Notes: a model not told the origin generated them from the letters alone. 64,000 bases of DNA from Clostridia bacterium (GCA_017618055.1 JAFZVB010000005.1:3136-67135); one strand, 5' to 3'. Shown: positions 1-11,147, counted from the first letter of the stretch. Made by a program: numbers and translations.

Positions 1-1
1 T

Positions 2-442
2 AAAGAATACTGTGGTGGCGCTTCTGGTCCTATTTGGGGTTCCGCATTCAAGTATGCTGGTAAAGCAGTTGTAGGAAAGAAAGAAGTAGACCTCAAGGAT
101 ATCGCATTCTTATTCATGGAAGCTAACCGTGGTGTTTATGAGACAGGTAAGAAATCATTTGGTAAAGGTGCAGACATTGGTGACAAGACATTAGTAGACG
201 CATTGAAGCCATGTGCTCTCGCTCTAACAAAAGCAGCTGAAGATGGAAAGAAGTTACAAGAAGGTCTCGATCTTGGCGCTAAGGCCGCTCACGAAGGCGC
301 AGAAGCCACAAAGACAGTTGTTGCAAGACTTGGAAGAGCTGGAACAGTTGGTGAAAGATCCATTGGATTCCCAGATGCAGGTGCACACGGACTTGATGTA
401 ATCTTCAACGAACTCGCAGCATACATCAAAAACTTCAAATAA
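2..442 (+). CDS. dhaL: Dihydroxyacetone kinase DhaL domain (5' truncated by the window edge; may be a DhaK-DhaL fusion)
   Basis: Frame is open from position 2: KEYCGGASGPIWG...GDKTLVDAL...GRAGTVGERSIGFPDAGA, which are DAK2/DhaL motifs. Confidence 0.9.
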   Translation, partial: KEYCGGASGPIWGSAFKYAGKAVVGKKEVDLKDIAFLFMEANRGVYETGKKSFGKGADIGDKTLVDALKPCALALTKAAEDGKKLQEGLDLGAKAAHEGAEATKTVVARLGRAGTVGERSIGFPDAGAHGLDVIFNELAAYIKNFK

Positions 443-465
443 TAACTATATAGTTATATAACGAG

Positions 466-497
466 TAAGGCATGCCTACGGGTGTGCCTTATTTTTA
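466..497 (+). terminator. Rho-independent terminator after dhaL
   Basis: aaggcatgcc-tacg-ggtgtgcctt hairpin followed by a T-tract. Confidence 0.8.
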
Positions 498-520
498 TAC
501 TTCTATCCCCTATTTTTCTC

Positions 521-549
521 TTGACTTTAGTACATACTTATAATAAAAT
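521..549 (+). promoter_or_regulatory. Sigma-A promoter of tRNA-Leu(GAG)
   Basis: TTGACT (521-526), 17 bp spacer, TAAAAT (544-549), ~19 bp upstream of the tRNA. Confidence 0.7.
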
Positions 550-567
550 GTGAAAGCACAAAAGCGA

Positions 568-651
568 GCGACCATGGCGGAACTGGCAGACGCGCACGTT
601 TGAGGGGCGTGTGTCCGAGACATCTGGGTTCAAGTCCCAGTGGTCGCACCA
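568..651 (+). tRNA. tRNA-Leu(GAG)
   Basis: GCGACCA/TGGTCGC acceptor stem, anticodon arm CACGT-TTGAGGG-GCGTG, long variable arm, GGTTCAAGTCC T-arm, encoded CCA. Confidence 0.97.
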
Positions 652-656
652 AAAAT

Positions 657-684
657 AAGCATTCCAATACGGAGTGCTTTTTTT
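657..684 (+). terminator. Terminator after tRNA-Leu(GAG)
   Basis: aagcattcc-aatac-ggagtgctt followed by a T-tract. Confidence 0.8.
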
Positions 685-725
685 ATTTTATATAGTATTT
701 CGCAATTGTCCCCCAATGGTGAGAC

Positions 726-756
726 AAAAAATATCCCACCGTTTAAAGTGGGATAT
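726..756 (-). terminator. Terminator of the surface-protein operon
   Basis: atatcccac...gtgggatat perfect stem; A-tract on the left gives a U-tract on the minus strand. Confidence 0.8.
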
Positions 757-785
757 AAAACTATTTTGTTTTAAGGATTAGTGGT

Positions 786-3700
786 TTATGGTATCATACC
801 TGTGGAATGGTCCATTATTACTTCTTTTGATGTTGTAGCATCTACAAATGCGAAATAATTTCTTACACCTCCTCCAGATGGAATAACAATGTAATCATCT
901 TCTACATACCATGTCAAATCATTCTCGTAACCATCAAAACGAGTTATAGCTGCTACAGCTTCATCAGAACCATCCATATCTTGCCATATTACTAGGCCTT
1001 TGTTTCCATATTGGACAAATATATATGTATCACCATACTCATCCAACCAAGCATAAATTGTACCCTGGGCCAATGATAATGCTCCATCTTTGATTTCGTA
1101 TACTTTACCATAGATAAAATAGAGTGAATTATCTATGATATAAGGCATATATTCATAATCACCACTGTTGTTCAGATCTTCATATGTGATTTCATCATCT
1201 CCGTTATTCCACTTCTCTATTACTTGAGCTTTGGTAAACTCACCATCGTAAAGGTGAATTTCCATAATTCCAAAGTTGTCTACAACAAAGTATGTGAATT
1301 CATCATAAATAGCATCTACTACTACACCACGGAATATATCAGATGGATCTTTATCTGTTAATGCATTATCTATAACTTTATAAATAAAGCTCTCTGAGGT
1401 ATGAGTCCAAATGGACATTAAAGTTTTGTATTGTACATAGTCATCTGTTTGTCCCCATATTCCAGCAGGTGAAACAGTTCTGTTTGCGATAGCTGCATCT
1501 ATAATTCCTTGCATTTCTTCTGCTGTTGTATATGCACCTAAAGAAAATACAGTATGAGTTAAATCTAATTGGTTTGCAAAGATATATATCATTCCATCTT
1601 TTACCAATGTATATACTATATCTCCAATTACTAACTCTATACCGTTTTCACCAACTAAGCCTGTCATGGTGTCATAATTATCTACGCTTGAAATCATGTA
1701 TGTCTTATTATCCTTTACAACTGTTCTCCATACATTTGCTTCTTCTACATACATAGATAAATAATGCATGAATTCATCAGCTGTTAATAACACGTCTTCA
1801 GCAAAAGCAATATTTCCACGATTTGGATCTCCATCAATATAGTATAATTCAGTATATTTGTCGGATTCTTCATCATATTGGAAACAGTATTCAACTGAAA
1901 CAACATATGGCAAGACTTGTAATCTAGATAATTTTGAATATAAATTGTAGTTGTTTCCATCAATTGTTAGACGAACAAACTCTACACCGTAACTATTCCA
2001 TTGAACATCACTTGTACTTACTACTTCTACACCTAATGCTTCTAATTGTGCATCTGTCATTTGTAAAATAGCATTGAATTCTTTTAATGTAGGAATATCT
2101 TTCTCCTCAACCTTATGATCATAATATATTGCATATGCTACACGATTACCTTGATATCTATATAATGCCAATACATACGTTGCTATATTGCCTTCACAAT
2201 TAGAATCATACTTATATACATAGTCATAATCCCATAATATGCCATATGAATCGTCTATGCGTGTTAATACTATTTCTCCATCATCTTCATTCATATAGAA
2301 TGAATCTTGTGGATAATATTCTCCTTCAAAACCTAAGAACATTAAGAAATTACCAACTTCATTAATTGTCCATTCACCAAAATATGGATAATTTATACCA
2401 TTTATAGAATAATATGCTCTATTTTCTCCTAGCACTTCGTTAAATGTAATATTAACTGTTGTAGTAGGATCTTGTTGGTATTCAATGGCATACTTTTGAA
2501 TTCCACGATATTCAATCATTGACTTATCTTGACGAACAGTATAAATTGCAAACTCTACTCCATTATAAACCAAACTGATGTAGTCACCATTTTGTTTCCA
2601 TTTAATATTATCCTCATATGAATCAAATTCTGGTTCTACTTTTCCATCTAAGATATCTTCAAAAGAAGTTGAATAATATCCCAAAATTGTTCTATTATTA
2701 CCATCTTTTACAAATGCCATTGTAGCATCGCCTCCAAAGATGCCCTTTTGTAATCCAACAATTTCTCCATTAATTATTCTCTTCATAGAGCCATTATTTC
2801 TTGTTGATAAATTAAATGTTGCATTAATAGTCTCTCCCCAATTTGTGTATTCAACAGAAATAGTATTTGTGTCTGCATCATATTCCCATGTACCTCTTGA
2901 GTCGGTTAAACTGTTTACATCTTCCCATTCTGTATACCAATCTCTGTAGAAGAGTTTATGGTCACTATTTCTCAATATCAATGTTCTCCAGTTACCTTCT
3001 GAATTCATAAATTGATAATAATAATCTTTTCCAGCCCAATCTATAGTTAACTCGTTATTTGCATCTACAATATATTCGTCAACATATTTTACATTGTTAA
3101 CTTCTTCTAATGTCCAGGAAGATTTTGATTCAATAATTGGAGTGTAGTTAGAAAGGTCTACTGTCTTATAGTCCACTTCTTCATTTAGAACATAGACATA
3201 TGATACATTACTATCTTCTCTATCTATATTATAAGCACATATATAGTATTCTGATTCATTATACTCTTCATTAACATACAAGTATCCAAATCTATATACA
3301 TTTTCTCCAGCATATAATTTTAAGTTTTTACCACTACCTTGAATAAATTCAAGACCATTTATGCTTATATATGTAACATTGTTTTCTTCTTCACTTATCC
3401 ATGTTCCAATAGATACTCCAATTTGTGGAAGAGTGCTTTCTGTATAAACACCATTAAAGGTATATGCTCTATTTGTATCATAGAATGCAATTGTGAAATA
3501 TGCATCTATTTCAGAATAGGTGAAAATATATGTTAATGTTCCATAATCTTCAGGTTCTGCTATAGAAAATACATGTGTTGTTTCATTTAAATCTAGTACA
3601 TAATCTATTGATTCCTCAAAGTATACATTACCTGAAGAAAAGTTTTGCAAATGTTTGTTTAGTAAGAACTTATGACCAGAACCTACATATTCGAGTCTAT

Positions 3701-5153
3701 AGATTTCATCTATCTTAACACTCTCTGCGTTTGAATTTAATATGGAATCTTCTACACCACTAAAATCTCTCCCCTTGTAAACATATGCAAATACAGTTTG
3801 ATAATAAGCTCCGAATGTTACTTCTATTTGGGATGTTGTAACCTGATAGCCATTGTTCATAGTTACCAAACGAATTGTTAAATCTTTATCTGCATCATAG
3901 AATATTGCTCTTACTCCATCTACTTCTAATGTTGGCCCATTTTTATAAACCTTGAAAATAGGTGTGAAATTGACATTATTATAATTATCTCCCATATCAT
4001 AATAAGCATCAAAAGCACTATATCCAATATATTCTAGATAGTATTGATCTTCAAACGCTGCATTTGTATCTCTTTGGTTGGTTGTAGGATTAAAGAACCA
4101 GACATCAGATAAGTAGCTTCCTGTTGTTTGGTCATAAATGCAAGGTGTTTCAAATACTGGATCAGCTTTATTAATATTAAAGTATGCCGTCATGCTTGGA
4201 ATCTCATTGAAGTTATCGTTTACTTCAAATGTTGCAACTGCAAGATAGCTCCCTACATTTGTCTTAACATTATTTGTATAAACAACATCAACACCAGTCG
4301 GTATATTTCCTTGAACCTCTATCTTCTTCTCTGTTCCATCATATGTATATGTAGCATCTGCAAAAGTTAATCCTGTAACTGTTGCTTTTCCTATAACCAT
4401 AGTTGCATGGAGGTCTGGCAAATTGTTGTAGTTTGCACCACCTGCAAAGTGTGCTGTGACATTATATGTGCCAGCATTGATATTGTAGTTGTTCTCATAA
4501 GTTACTTGTACACCTGCTGGTACTGTTCCAGATATTGCTAAGGACTTTGCTGTGCCATCATATGTGAATTGTGCATCTGCTAAAGATAATCCTTGGATGT
4601 CAGACTTAACGATAGTTAAAGTTGCTGGCATTGGTTCTACAGGATTATGGTTTCCATCTACACTAAATACTGCTCTAACCTCATATGTTCCAACATCTGT
4701 TTGTTCATTGTTCTCATAGTAAACAACAACGCCCTCTGGAAGTGTTCCAGCAATTGCCAAACTATGTGGTTGTCCGTCATATGTGAATTGTGCATTACCA
4801 AAGGTAATACCACTCATATCAAAGCTTACCTTTGCTACTTGTACTGTAACTGCTATACCCTTTACAACTTGGAATTTTGTTGTATCATCTGGTGTATATG
4901 TTACATGGAAAGTATTAGGTCCAGCATTTCCTACAGATGTGGTTGCTGCTTCATCCCAAGTAAATCCTTGTGGTAAAGCTAAATCTGCAAGAGTTTGTCC
5001 GTATGTTGCATTTATTGTTGGTTTAATATACTCAGGTATGAGAAGACCTAATTCTTCATTTTGGTTTTCTCCTGTGCTGTTACAAGCAACTAAGCACATA
5101 CTTAGTATAGATACCAAACAAAATACTAATATTAACGCAAGTTTATTTTTCAT
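786..5153 (-). CDS. Large surface lipoprotein with Ig/MBG-like repeats and a long Tyr/Asp-rich beta region
   Basis: Start reassigned to ATG 5153 (GGAGG RBS); MKNKLALILV...CLVA-C lipobox; repeated FTYDG..H/K.L.I.G..P.GV.V.YENN modules. Confidence 0.8.
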   Translation of the reverse strand: MKNKLALILVFCLVSILSMCLVACNSTGENQNEELGLLIPEYIKPTINATYGQTLADLALPQGFTWDEAATTSVGNAGPNTFHVTYTPDDTTKFQVVKGIAVTVQVAKVSFDMSGITFGNAQFTYDGQPHSLAIAGTLPEGVVVYYENNEQTDVGTYEVRAVFSVDGNHNPVEPMPATLTIVKSDIQGLSLADAQFTYDGTAKSLAISGTVPAGVQVTYENNYNINAGTYNVTAHFAGGANYNNLPDLHATMVIGKATVTGLTFADATYTYDGTEKKIEVQGNIPTGVDVVYTNNVKTNVGSYLAVATFEVNDNFNEIPSMTAYFNINKADPVFETPCIYDQTTGSYLSDVWFFNPTTNQRDTNAAFEDQYYLEYIGYSAFDAYYDMGDNYNNVNFTPIFKVYKNGPTLEVDGVRAIFYDADKDLTIRLVTMNNGYQVTTSQIEVTFGAYYQTVFAYVYKGRDFSGVEDSILNSNAESVKIDEIYRLEYVGSGHKFLLNKHLQNFSSGNVYFEESIDYVLDLNETTHVFSIAEPEDYGTLTYIFTYSEIDAYFTIAFYDTNRAYTFNGVYTESTLPQIGVSIGTWISEEENNVTYISINGLEFIQGSGKNLKLYAGENVYRFGYLYVNEEYNESEYYICAYNIDREDSNVSYVYVLNEEVDYKTVDLSNYTPIIESKSSWTLEEVNNVKYVDEYIVDANNELTIDWAGKDYYYQFMNSEGNWRTLILRNSDHKLFYRDWYTEWEDVNSLTDSRGTWEYDADTNTISVEYTNWGETINATFNLSTRNNGSMKRIINGEIVGLQKGIFGGDATMAFVKDGNNRTILGYYSTSFEDILDGKVEPEFDSYEDNIKWKQNGDYISLVYNGVEFAIYTVRQDKSMIEYRGIQKYAIEYQQDPTTTVNITFNEVLGENRAYYSINGINYPYFGEWTINEVGNFLMFLGFEGEYYPQDSFYMNEDDGEIVLTRIDDSYGILWDYDYVYKYDSNCEGNIATYVLALYRYQGNRVAYAIYYDHKVEEKDIPTLKEFNAILQMTDAQLEALGVEVVSTSDVQWNSYGVEFVRLTIDGNNYNLYSKLSRLQVLPYVVSVEYCFQYDEESDKYTELYYIDGDPNRGNIAFAEDVLLTADEFMHYLSMYVEEANVWRTVVKDNKTYMISSVDNYDTMTGLVGENGIELVIGDIVYTLVKDGMIYIFANQLDLTHTVFSLGAYTTAEEMQGIIDAAIANRTVSPAGIWGQTDDYVQYKTLMSIWTHTSESFIYKVIDNALTDKDPSDIFRGVVVDAIYDEFTYFVVDNFGIMEIHLYDGEFTKAQVIEKWNNGDDEITYEDLNNSGDYEYMPYIIDNSLYFIYGKVYEIKDGALSLAQGTIYAWLDEYGDTYIFVQYGNKGLVIWQDMDGSDEAVAAITRFDGYENDLTWYVEDDYIVIPSGGGVRNYFAFVDATTSKEVIMDHSTGMIP

Positions 5154-5166
5154 AATTCCTCCTTGC

Positions 5167-8100
5167 TTATTCCTTATCTTCATCTGTAGACTCTTCTTTT
5201 TCTTCTTCTACAGTTTCTTCTTGTGCAACTTCTTCCTCTTCTTGAGGTTCTTCCTCTGCACTTTCTTCTGTTGTCTCATCTTGTTTTGCTTCTTCTTTAT
5301 CTTCTTGTGCAGGTTTGTTATCCTTCTTCTTTCTGAATACAAACCAATATACACAGAATCCAACAGCGCCAAGAACTACAACGATTGCAATAACAATACC
5401 TGCAATTGCGCCACCAGATAATCCACCCTTTGGAGCATCTTCAAATACTACTGCATATGTTGAGAAGTGATTTGTTTCAAAGATTACTAAACCATTTTCA
5501 AATCTTGCATTCATATCCGTCTTATTTCCATTTGCATCTACAAAGTATACCTTAGCAACTTTGCCCGCTGGGATTTCTTCACTGAATGGTGCACTAACTG
5601 TTGCCTTGCCATTTTCAAATGTAGCACCATCTATTGTGATTTCAAATACTACAACTGCTCCAGCAACAACACTAGAAGCATTATCTCCCTTCTTTGTTTC
5701 CATAGAAACTTTGATGTTGCTTGCACTTGCTAATGCTGTAATTGCATTCTTGTCTAAGACTATGGATTCATTATCTCCAACCTTAATCTCTAAGGATGCA
5801 CTTGAGTTATCAGCAGCTGCACTCTTGATAATAGAAGTAATATCTGCATTCTTTGCATTTCCTGTTTCATCTACAGGAATATCTTTTGTATATTCACTAG
5901 CACCAGATTCATCTGTCTTAGGTGCTGCTTCTGTAATTGTAACCTCTAAAGTTCTAGAAGCTTGTAAATAGTTCGTAGATTCAGATGCAAAGATAGTCAT
6001 CGTATACGTTCCAACGTTCGTGTAAGCGTTGTTGTCGTAAGTTATCATAGATCCTGCATAAGATGCTGTGGCACCATCAAAAGTGATCACAGAGCCCGTA
6101 TAAGGCTTTGAAGTAACTATTCCACTTACATCTATAGTTTGTGTTGCCTTAGCAATTGAGAATGCCTTTGTATTATCTTGTGGCAAGATATAGTTTGCAA
6201 GAGCTGGTCCAGAAAGAACCACACTTGCCGTATAGCTACCAGCGTTAGTCTTTGAACCCATAATTGTAGATGTAATACCGTCTGCCTCTACAAGTCCGTT
6301 AATTGTTAATGCTGGTGCATGAGCTTGTCCGTCATATGTGAATTCGGAATCACCCCATGTATAGGTGATTGCCTTCTTAGCAATACTCCAATTAAATGAT
6401 GCCTTGCCAGAATAGTTGCCTGTTCCTTTAACTGTAACAGTATATTCTCCTGGATAGATTGCACTTCTATCTCCACTAACATTGCATGTAATATCTCTTG
6501 TTCCAAACTTAACTTCATATGTTGGAGATTGAGATAAACCTGTATATGTAAATGCTGAAGAAGTTACTACGATATTTTCTGCAGAAATAGGTCTTGGTGT
6601 AACTGTTATATATCCACCGTAACAATCAAATATTTCATAGTTGGCTGATGTTATACCAGAAACAGTAACTAAATATTCACCTATTGGACTTGCATCTGTA
6701 TATTCAGTAGTAAATATAGCATTTGTGAAATCTAATACTGCCACAGTATCTGTGCCAAGGAAATCATTAGATGTGACAGTATATTGAGGATTTGTAGTAC
6801 CATATAAAACTGATAAATCCTCTACTATTACATCTAGTCCTGCTTTATTAATAGTCCAAGTAAATTTAATAGATCCTTTGAAATTGCCGTTTGCTGTTAA
6901 AGTCATTGTATAATTTCCAGCATTTGTTGCTGCTGTTTCACCAGTTGCTGTATAGGTAATATTGTTACCATTATATCTAAATTCAAAATAAGGCTCTTGT
7001 TCAAAACCTGTATAATAGTCTAATGGGAAATAATTAATACATGTTTCATCTACTTCTCTTGGTAATACTTCAAAGTATGATGTTTGTTCATCAAATGCAG
7101 AAGATACTTCATAGTTATTATTAATGCCTGTTACTACTAAATAATATTTTCCTGCGTCTAATGAACCAGATACTCCGTTATATGCAACTGCTGTACCTGT
7201 GCCATCAAATTTAGTATTAAATGAGACTAATATAACATCAGTTATTACATGTCCGTTTGTCAAACCATATGTGGAGGTTGTTGCTACTCCAAGACAATCA
7301 TATGGATTACCAAGTTTTGTATTTATAGTTGAACCAGAATCTAAATAATCGAAATTTGGAATTGTTGTATTTACATTTGTAATAACAATAGGTCTCTTAT
7401 TTACATTATATCTAGCATAGCCTTGTGTATTTGCAGCGTTTCTAAATGTAACTATATATTTTGACCCTTCTACATTTGCTCCAGTAATATCATAACCACC
7501 ATAACTAGTTGTTGAAGTTACTGAACAAGATAATGTATAAACATCTGCTGGATCATCGTTATTAACAATTGCGCTATCATCTGCTGTTAGCGTTGCTGGT
7601 GTTTCACCATAGATACTGCTTGCATCATTAATATAAACAGTAATAGATCTCTTTGAAATTGTATAAACAGGTGTTCCTGATACACCTATACGACTATAAT
7701 TAATGTTATAGTTTGCACTACTCTTATCATTAATCTTAATGTAATATGTGCCAGGTACTGTTGTACTTAAAGATGCATTAGGAATAACATTATCCAAACT
7801 ATCTGCAATATAGAAGTCAAATAAGTCTGCTTCTTCATCGCCATATACGAATATGTTTACTGCTAAGCCAGATTTACCAATAGTATAAGACAATGAATCC
7901 AAACTGTTACCATATTGTACATTTTTATCTGCCATTACGACTGAAATATATTTAGGTTGTATCTCATAATATCCTGGAGTATTATCAGCCTCATTACCTC
8001 TGCGATAAGCTACTCTATAATTTGGATTTGTAGATACTGCCTTAATATAATATGTACCAATTCCATATTGAGGCAAATTCTCTAATGTAACTTCATTTTG

Positions 8101-10500
8101 GCATGCTTCCTCTGCATATAATTTTAAAGTAAATACACTTCCATCTGCATTATCATCGCCGATGATTGGATTACCTTGATTATATGAATAGCCATTATAT
8201 GAGCCATTGGATACATTATAACCATTTGTGAAATTAAATGCTTCACCGTATTCTGATTTTAAATATCCTGCGAAACTAGGGTTAGTTCTATCTTTTATTG
8301 AAATATTAACATTTCTTGGTGTAACATAGAATTTTGCTCTATTGCCTGCCCAAGTATTGCTATACTCTACACCAGTCTGAGCATTTGGATTAGCATAGTA
8401 ATATACAGTGCAGTTATAATTGTCATTAATTTTATTAATTGTTATAGGATATTCACCATATACTGTTAAATCATAATCACAAAGGACTTCAATTGCATTC
8501 TCAATTGAGTCTCCTGAATATAATGAAGTTATACCCAAAATAGTTACACTGTAGAAATTTGGTAATGATGAATTTCCATAACACCAATATTTATCTATGT
8601 ATTTAATTGAAAGGTATCTTTTTTGAACATATAAATCACCTTGAACAAAAGTGATATCATAGTTTGTTGCTGTTACACCACTTACTGTTATTTTATAAAG
8701 GCCAGATGTGTTCCAATTATCTCCAGCTTGATAATTATAAGAATATTGTAATATACCCTCTAATACACTTTCATCATCTGTTCCAACGAATCCAGAATAA
8801 TTAACGCCATAATTTGATGGCTCGTCACCATAGTTTATAGATTTGTATTTTGCAGTAATTGTTAATGGTGCTTTTTCTACTGTCAATGTCCCTGTTGTAA
8901 ATATTATATTATAATTGTTTGATGTAGCTCCGCTAAGAGTAATTGTATATTCACCAACATCATCATATTGATTGTAATTGAATGAATATGTTAGTCCAGA
9001 AACATCTATTGCAGTATTAAAGTCATCTCCTTCAACAAGACCATTATATCCATATCCATATGCTACTGGTGTCTCTCCATATGTGATTGTATTGTCTTGC
9101 GCCATAAAATAGAAAGCTTTCTTATCTATTGTAAAGGTTGCATCTGTTGTATTATATGTATCATTGTAATTTAATAAACCAGAAATGTATGAGCGAACAT
9201 AATATGTGCCAGCATTTGTTGGAACTGTTGTTGTCCAATCACCATCTGCTAATTCCGTAGAACTTGTTGTATTACCCTTTAAAGCATATTTGTTTACTAT
9301 AACTGCTCTACCTATTTCTGCTTCCTTATTTGAAGATGTTTCTGCGGATACCCAACCATTGAGATATGCGCCTTCTCCTGAAGCACTAATAACTACTGGT
9401 TCAGTAATTGCTGTTCCATAAGTCTTGTTACTTACACTTACACTAACATTAATATTTGCTTTAGAAATTGTCCAAGTGGCATTAAATTCGGCACATTCAA
9501 CGCCATTATCTATTAATGTAAATAAATCATTTATTTTCTTCCCTGTAGATACGCTACCAGGAGCTGTATAAGAAGCAGTAGACATATATAATCTTGCTGG
9601 ATAATCACCAGCGTTTGTTCCATAAGACAAATCTACACCAACATATTCATATGAACTATTAACATGAGCATAGTTAATGGTAGACAACCCACTATCTGCA
9701 CTAAATAATTTTTTAGAAGATAGTTTTGCATATAATTGTTGGGAATCTGTTCTAGCATTATATGTTTGTTCTTCAAAAACCGGATATAATCTTGCTTTAC
9801 TAATTTCAAATGGTAAAGGTGCTGTTGTATATTCAAGGTAATTTGTTGTTGTTGCAACTGTTGCCTTTACCCAATATTGTCCTGGATATGATTTTTCTAT
9901 GTTCATTTCAGCATCTGCCCATGATGAACCACCATCTGTACTGTATCTCCATGTAATTGCAGCTGCTACAACATCATCATTTCCATCTGGAAGAGCACCA
10001 AATACAACATGGAACTTTTCTGCCAAAGTCGTATCCTCTGCATATTGCCAAAGCCAATCATCACCAGTTGCTTGTAATACCCAATTTGGTGTTACTTTCT
10101 TGATAGAGAAATATATTGAAATTTCAGTATCTGGATTAGGTGATGCATCTGTTGCAATTTTGTATTTTGCAACATAATCACCTGCATTAACTGGGTTGTC
10201 AATAGGAGTAGACAAATCAGATGCTAAGTAATAATACTCATAATTTGATTGTACTGGCTTAGTGTTTGCTTCCACTATTGAAGTGGACATATGAGTATCA
10301 CCATTATAATCAAATGTTATTGGGTATTCTGAACCAGTATACACTACTGAGCCAACTTTGATGGTATTATCATATGTACCAGCATTTGCTATACCCTCTC
10401 CTTTGTTGAATAATTGCGTTATTGTTAAAGCGGTTGCAACTAATGCAAGAATCATTAAGATGCACAATAAGTATAAACGCAAAGAGTTATTTTTTGTCAT
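5167..10500 (-). CDS. Large membrane-anchored surface protein/adhesin with MBG-like repeats
   Basis: N-terminal signal peptide; repeated YG...Y.GFVG.D and G.Y.IT.SG....NY.I.F..G.L.V (MBG_2-like) units; C-terminal TM helix, RKKK, then acidic tail. Confidence 0.8.
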   Translation of the reverse strand: MTKNNSLRLYLLCILMILALVATALTITQLFNKGEGIANAGTYDNTIKVGSVVYTGSEYPITFDYNGDTHMSTSIVEANTKPVQSNYEYYYLASDLSTPIDNPVNAGDYVAKYKIATDASPNPDTEISIYFSIKKVTPNWVLQATGDDWLWQYAEDTTLAEKFHVVFGALPDGNDDVVAAAITWRYSTDGGSSWADAEMNIEKSYPGQYWVKATVATTTNYLEYTTAPLPFEISKARLYPVFEEQTYNARTDSQQLYAKLSSKKLFSADSGLSTINYAHVNSSYEYVGVDLSYGTNAGDYPARLYMSTASYTAPGSVSTGKKINDLFTLIDNGVECAEFNATWTISKANINVSVSVSNKTYGTAITEPVVISASGEGAYLNGWVSAETSSNKEAEIGRAVIVNKYALKGNTTSSTELADGDWTTTVPTNAGTYYVRSYISGLLNYNDTYNTTDATFTIDKKAFYFMAQDNTITYGETPVAYGYGYNGLVEGDDFNTAIDVSGLTYSFNYNQYDDVGEYTITLSGATSNNYNIIFTTGTLTVEKAPLTITAKYKSINYGDEPSNYGVNYSGFVGTDDESVLEGILQYSYNYQAGDNWNTSGLYKITVSGVTATNYDITFVQGDLYVQKRYLSIKYIDKYWCYGNSSLPNFYSVTILGITSLYSGDSIENAIEVLCDYDLTVYGEYPITINKINDNYNCTVYYYANPNAQTGVEYSNTWAGNRAKFYVTPRNVNISIKDRTNPSFAGYLKSEYGEAFNFTNGYNVSNGSYNGYSYNQGNPIIGDDNADGSVFTLKLYAEEACQNEVTLENLPQYGIGTYYIKAVSTNPNYRVAYRRGNEADNTPGYYEIQPKYISVVMADKNVQYGNSLDSLSYTIGKSGLAVNIFVYGDEEADLFDFYIADSLDNVIPNASLSTTVPGTYYIKINDKSSANYNINYSRIGVSGTPVYTISKRSITVYINDASSIYGETPATLTADDSAIVNNDDPADVYTLSCSVTSTTSYGGYDITGANVEGSKYIVTFRNAANTQGYARYNVNKRPIVITNVNTTIPNFDYLDSGSTINTKLGNPYDCLGVATTSTYGLTNGHVITDVILVSFNTKFDGTGTAVAYNGVSGSLDAGKYYLVVTGINNNYEVSSAFDEQTSYFEVLPREVDETCINYFPLDYYTGFEQEPYFEFRYNGNNITYTATGETAATNAGNYTMTLTANGNFKGSIKFTWTINKAGLDVIVEDLSVLYGTTNPQYTVTSNDFLGTDTVAVLDFTNAIFTTEYTDASPIGEYLVTVSGITSANYEIFDCYGGYITVTPRPISAENIVVTSSAFTYTGLSQSPTYEVKFGTRDITCNVSGDRSAIYPGEYTVTVKGTGNYSGKASFNWSIAKKAITYTWGDSEFTYDGQAHAPALTINGLVEADGITSTIMGSKTNAGSYTASVVLSGPALANYILPQDNTKAFSIAKATQTIDVSGIVTSKPYTGSVITFDGATASYAGSMITYDNNAYTNVGTYTMTIFASESTNYLQASRTLEVTITEAAPKTDESGASEYTKDIPVDETGNAKNADITSIIKSAAADNSSASLEIKVGDNESIVLDKNAITALASASNIKVSMETKKGDNASSVVAGAVVVFEITIDGATFENGKATVSAPFSEEIPAGKVAKVYFVDANGNKTDMNARFENGLVIFETNHFSTYAVVFEDAPKGGLSGGAIAGIVIAIVVVLGAVGFCVYWFVFRKKKDNKPAQEDKEEAKQDETTEESAEEEPQEEEEVAQEETVEEEKEESTDEDKE

Positions 10501-10623
10501 AATGCAACCTCCATTATAATCTATAAAAATATTTATAGATATCTTACCATTTGGAAGGTGCTTTGTACAATAATACTAGAGGGTGATTATGGGGTGAAAT
10601 TAGTTTATACCTTTAACTATTAC

Positions 10624-10662
10624 AAAAAAAAATACAATGCTTCAACAAAGTGAAACATTGTA
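10624..10662 (-). terminator. Terminator
   Basis: tacaatgcttca / tgaaacattgta stem; left A-tract gives a U-tract on the minus strand. Confidence 0.7.
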
Positions 10663-10688
10663 CTATGTATATGGCGAAAGGACAATTA

Positions 10689-11147
10689 TTATTTCTCTAT
10701 TAGAGTTCTTTTCTTTTCAGTGATAATGTTAAGACTATCTACTAAAGTTTTTTCTGCACCATCTAAGATTTGGAATGCAAGTGCTCTACTTTCATAGTCT
10801 GATCTCTTGTAGTTCTCCTCTGCTTCTGTTCTCATTGCAGTTGCATCTTCCTTTGCTCTCTTAATAATGTCTGTTTGGTCTACCATCTCTTTGGATTTTG
10901 CTACTGCATCTGCTACTAACTTGTCTGCATATGCTTGTGCATCTCCAATGATTTTAGCCTCATTTTCTTTAATTTGCTTTGCATCTGTTATAACAGCTGG
11001 AAAGTTGGATCTTAATCTTGCAATTAAGTCTTGCATACGGCTTCTGTTAACAATAATATCACTTGGTGAAAATGTTGCTTTTTTTGCCTTTAATACTTCT
11101 GCTTCTAATTCGTTTAGTAATGTTTCAAATGTCTCAAATGTGTTCAT
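10689..11147 (-). CDS. Conserved coiled-coil protein of the type usually found downstream of coaD in Clostridia
   Basis: L..LE..V..AKK...S...IVNR N-terminus, Ala/Lys/Glu-rich coiled coil, position after coaD. Confidence 0.7.
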   Translation of the reverse strand: MNTFETFETLLNELEAEVLKAKKATFSPSDIIVNRSRMQDLIARLRSNFPAVITDAKQIKENEAKIIGDAQAYADKLVADAVAKSKEMVDQTDIIKRAKEDATAMRTEAEENYKRSDYESRALAFQILDGAEKTLVDSLNIITEKKRTLIEK

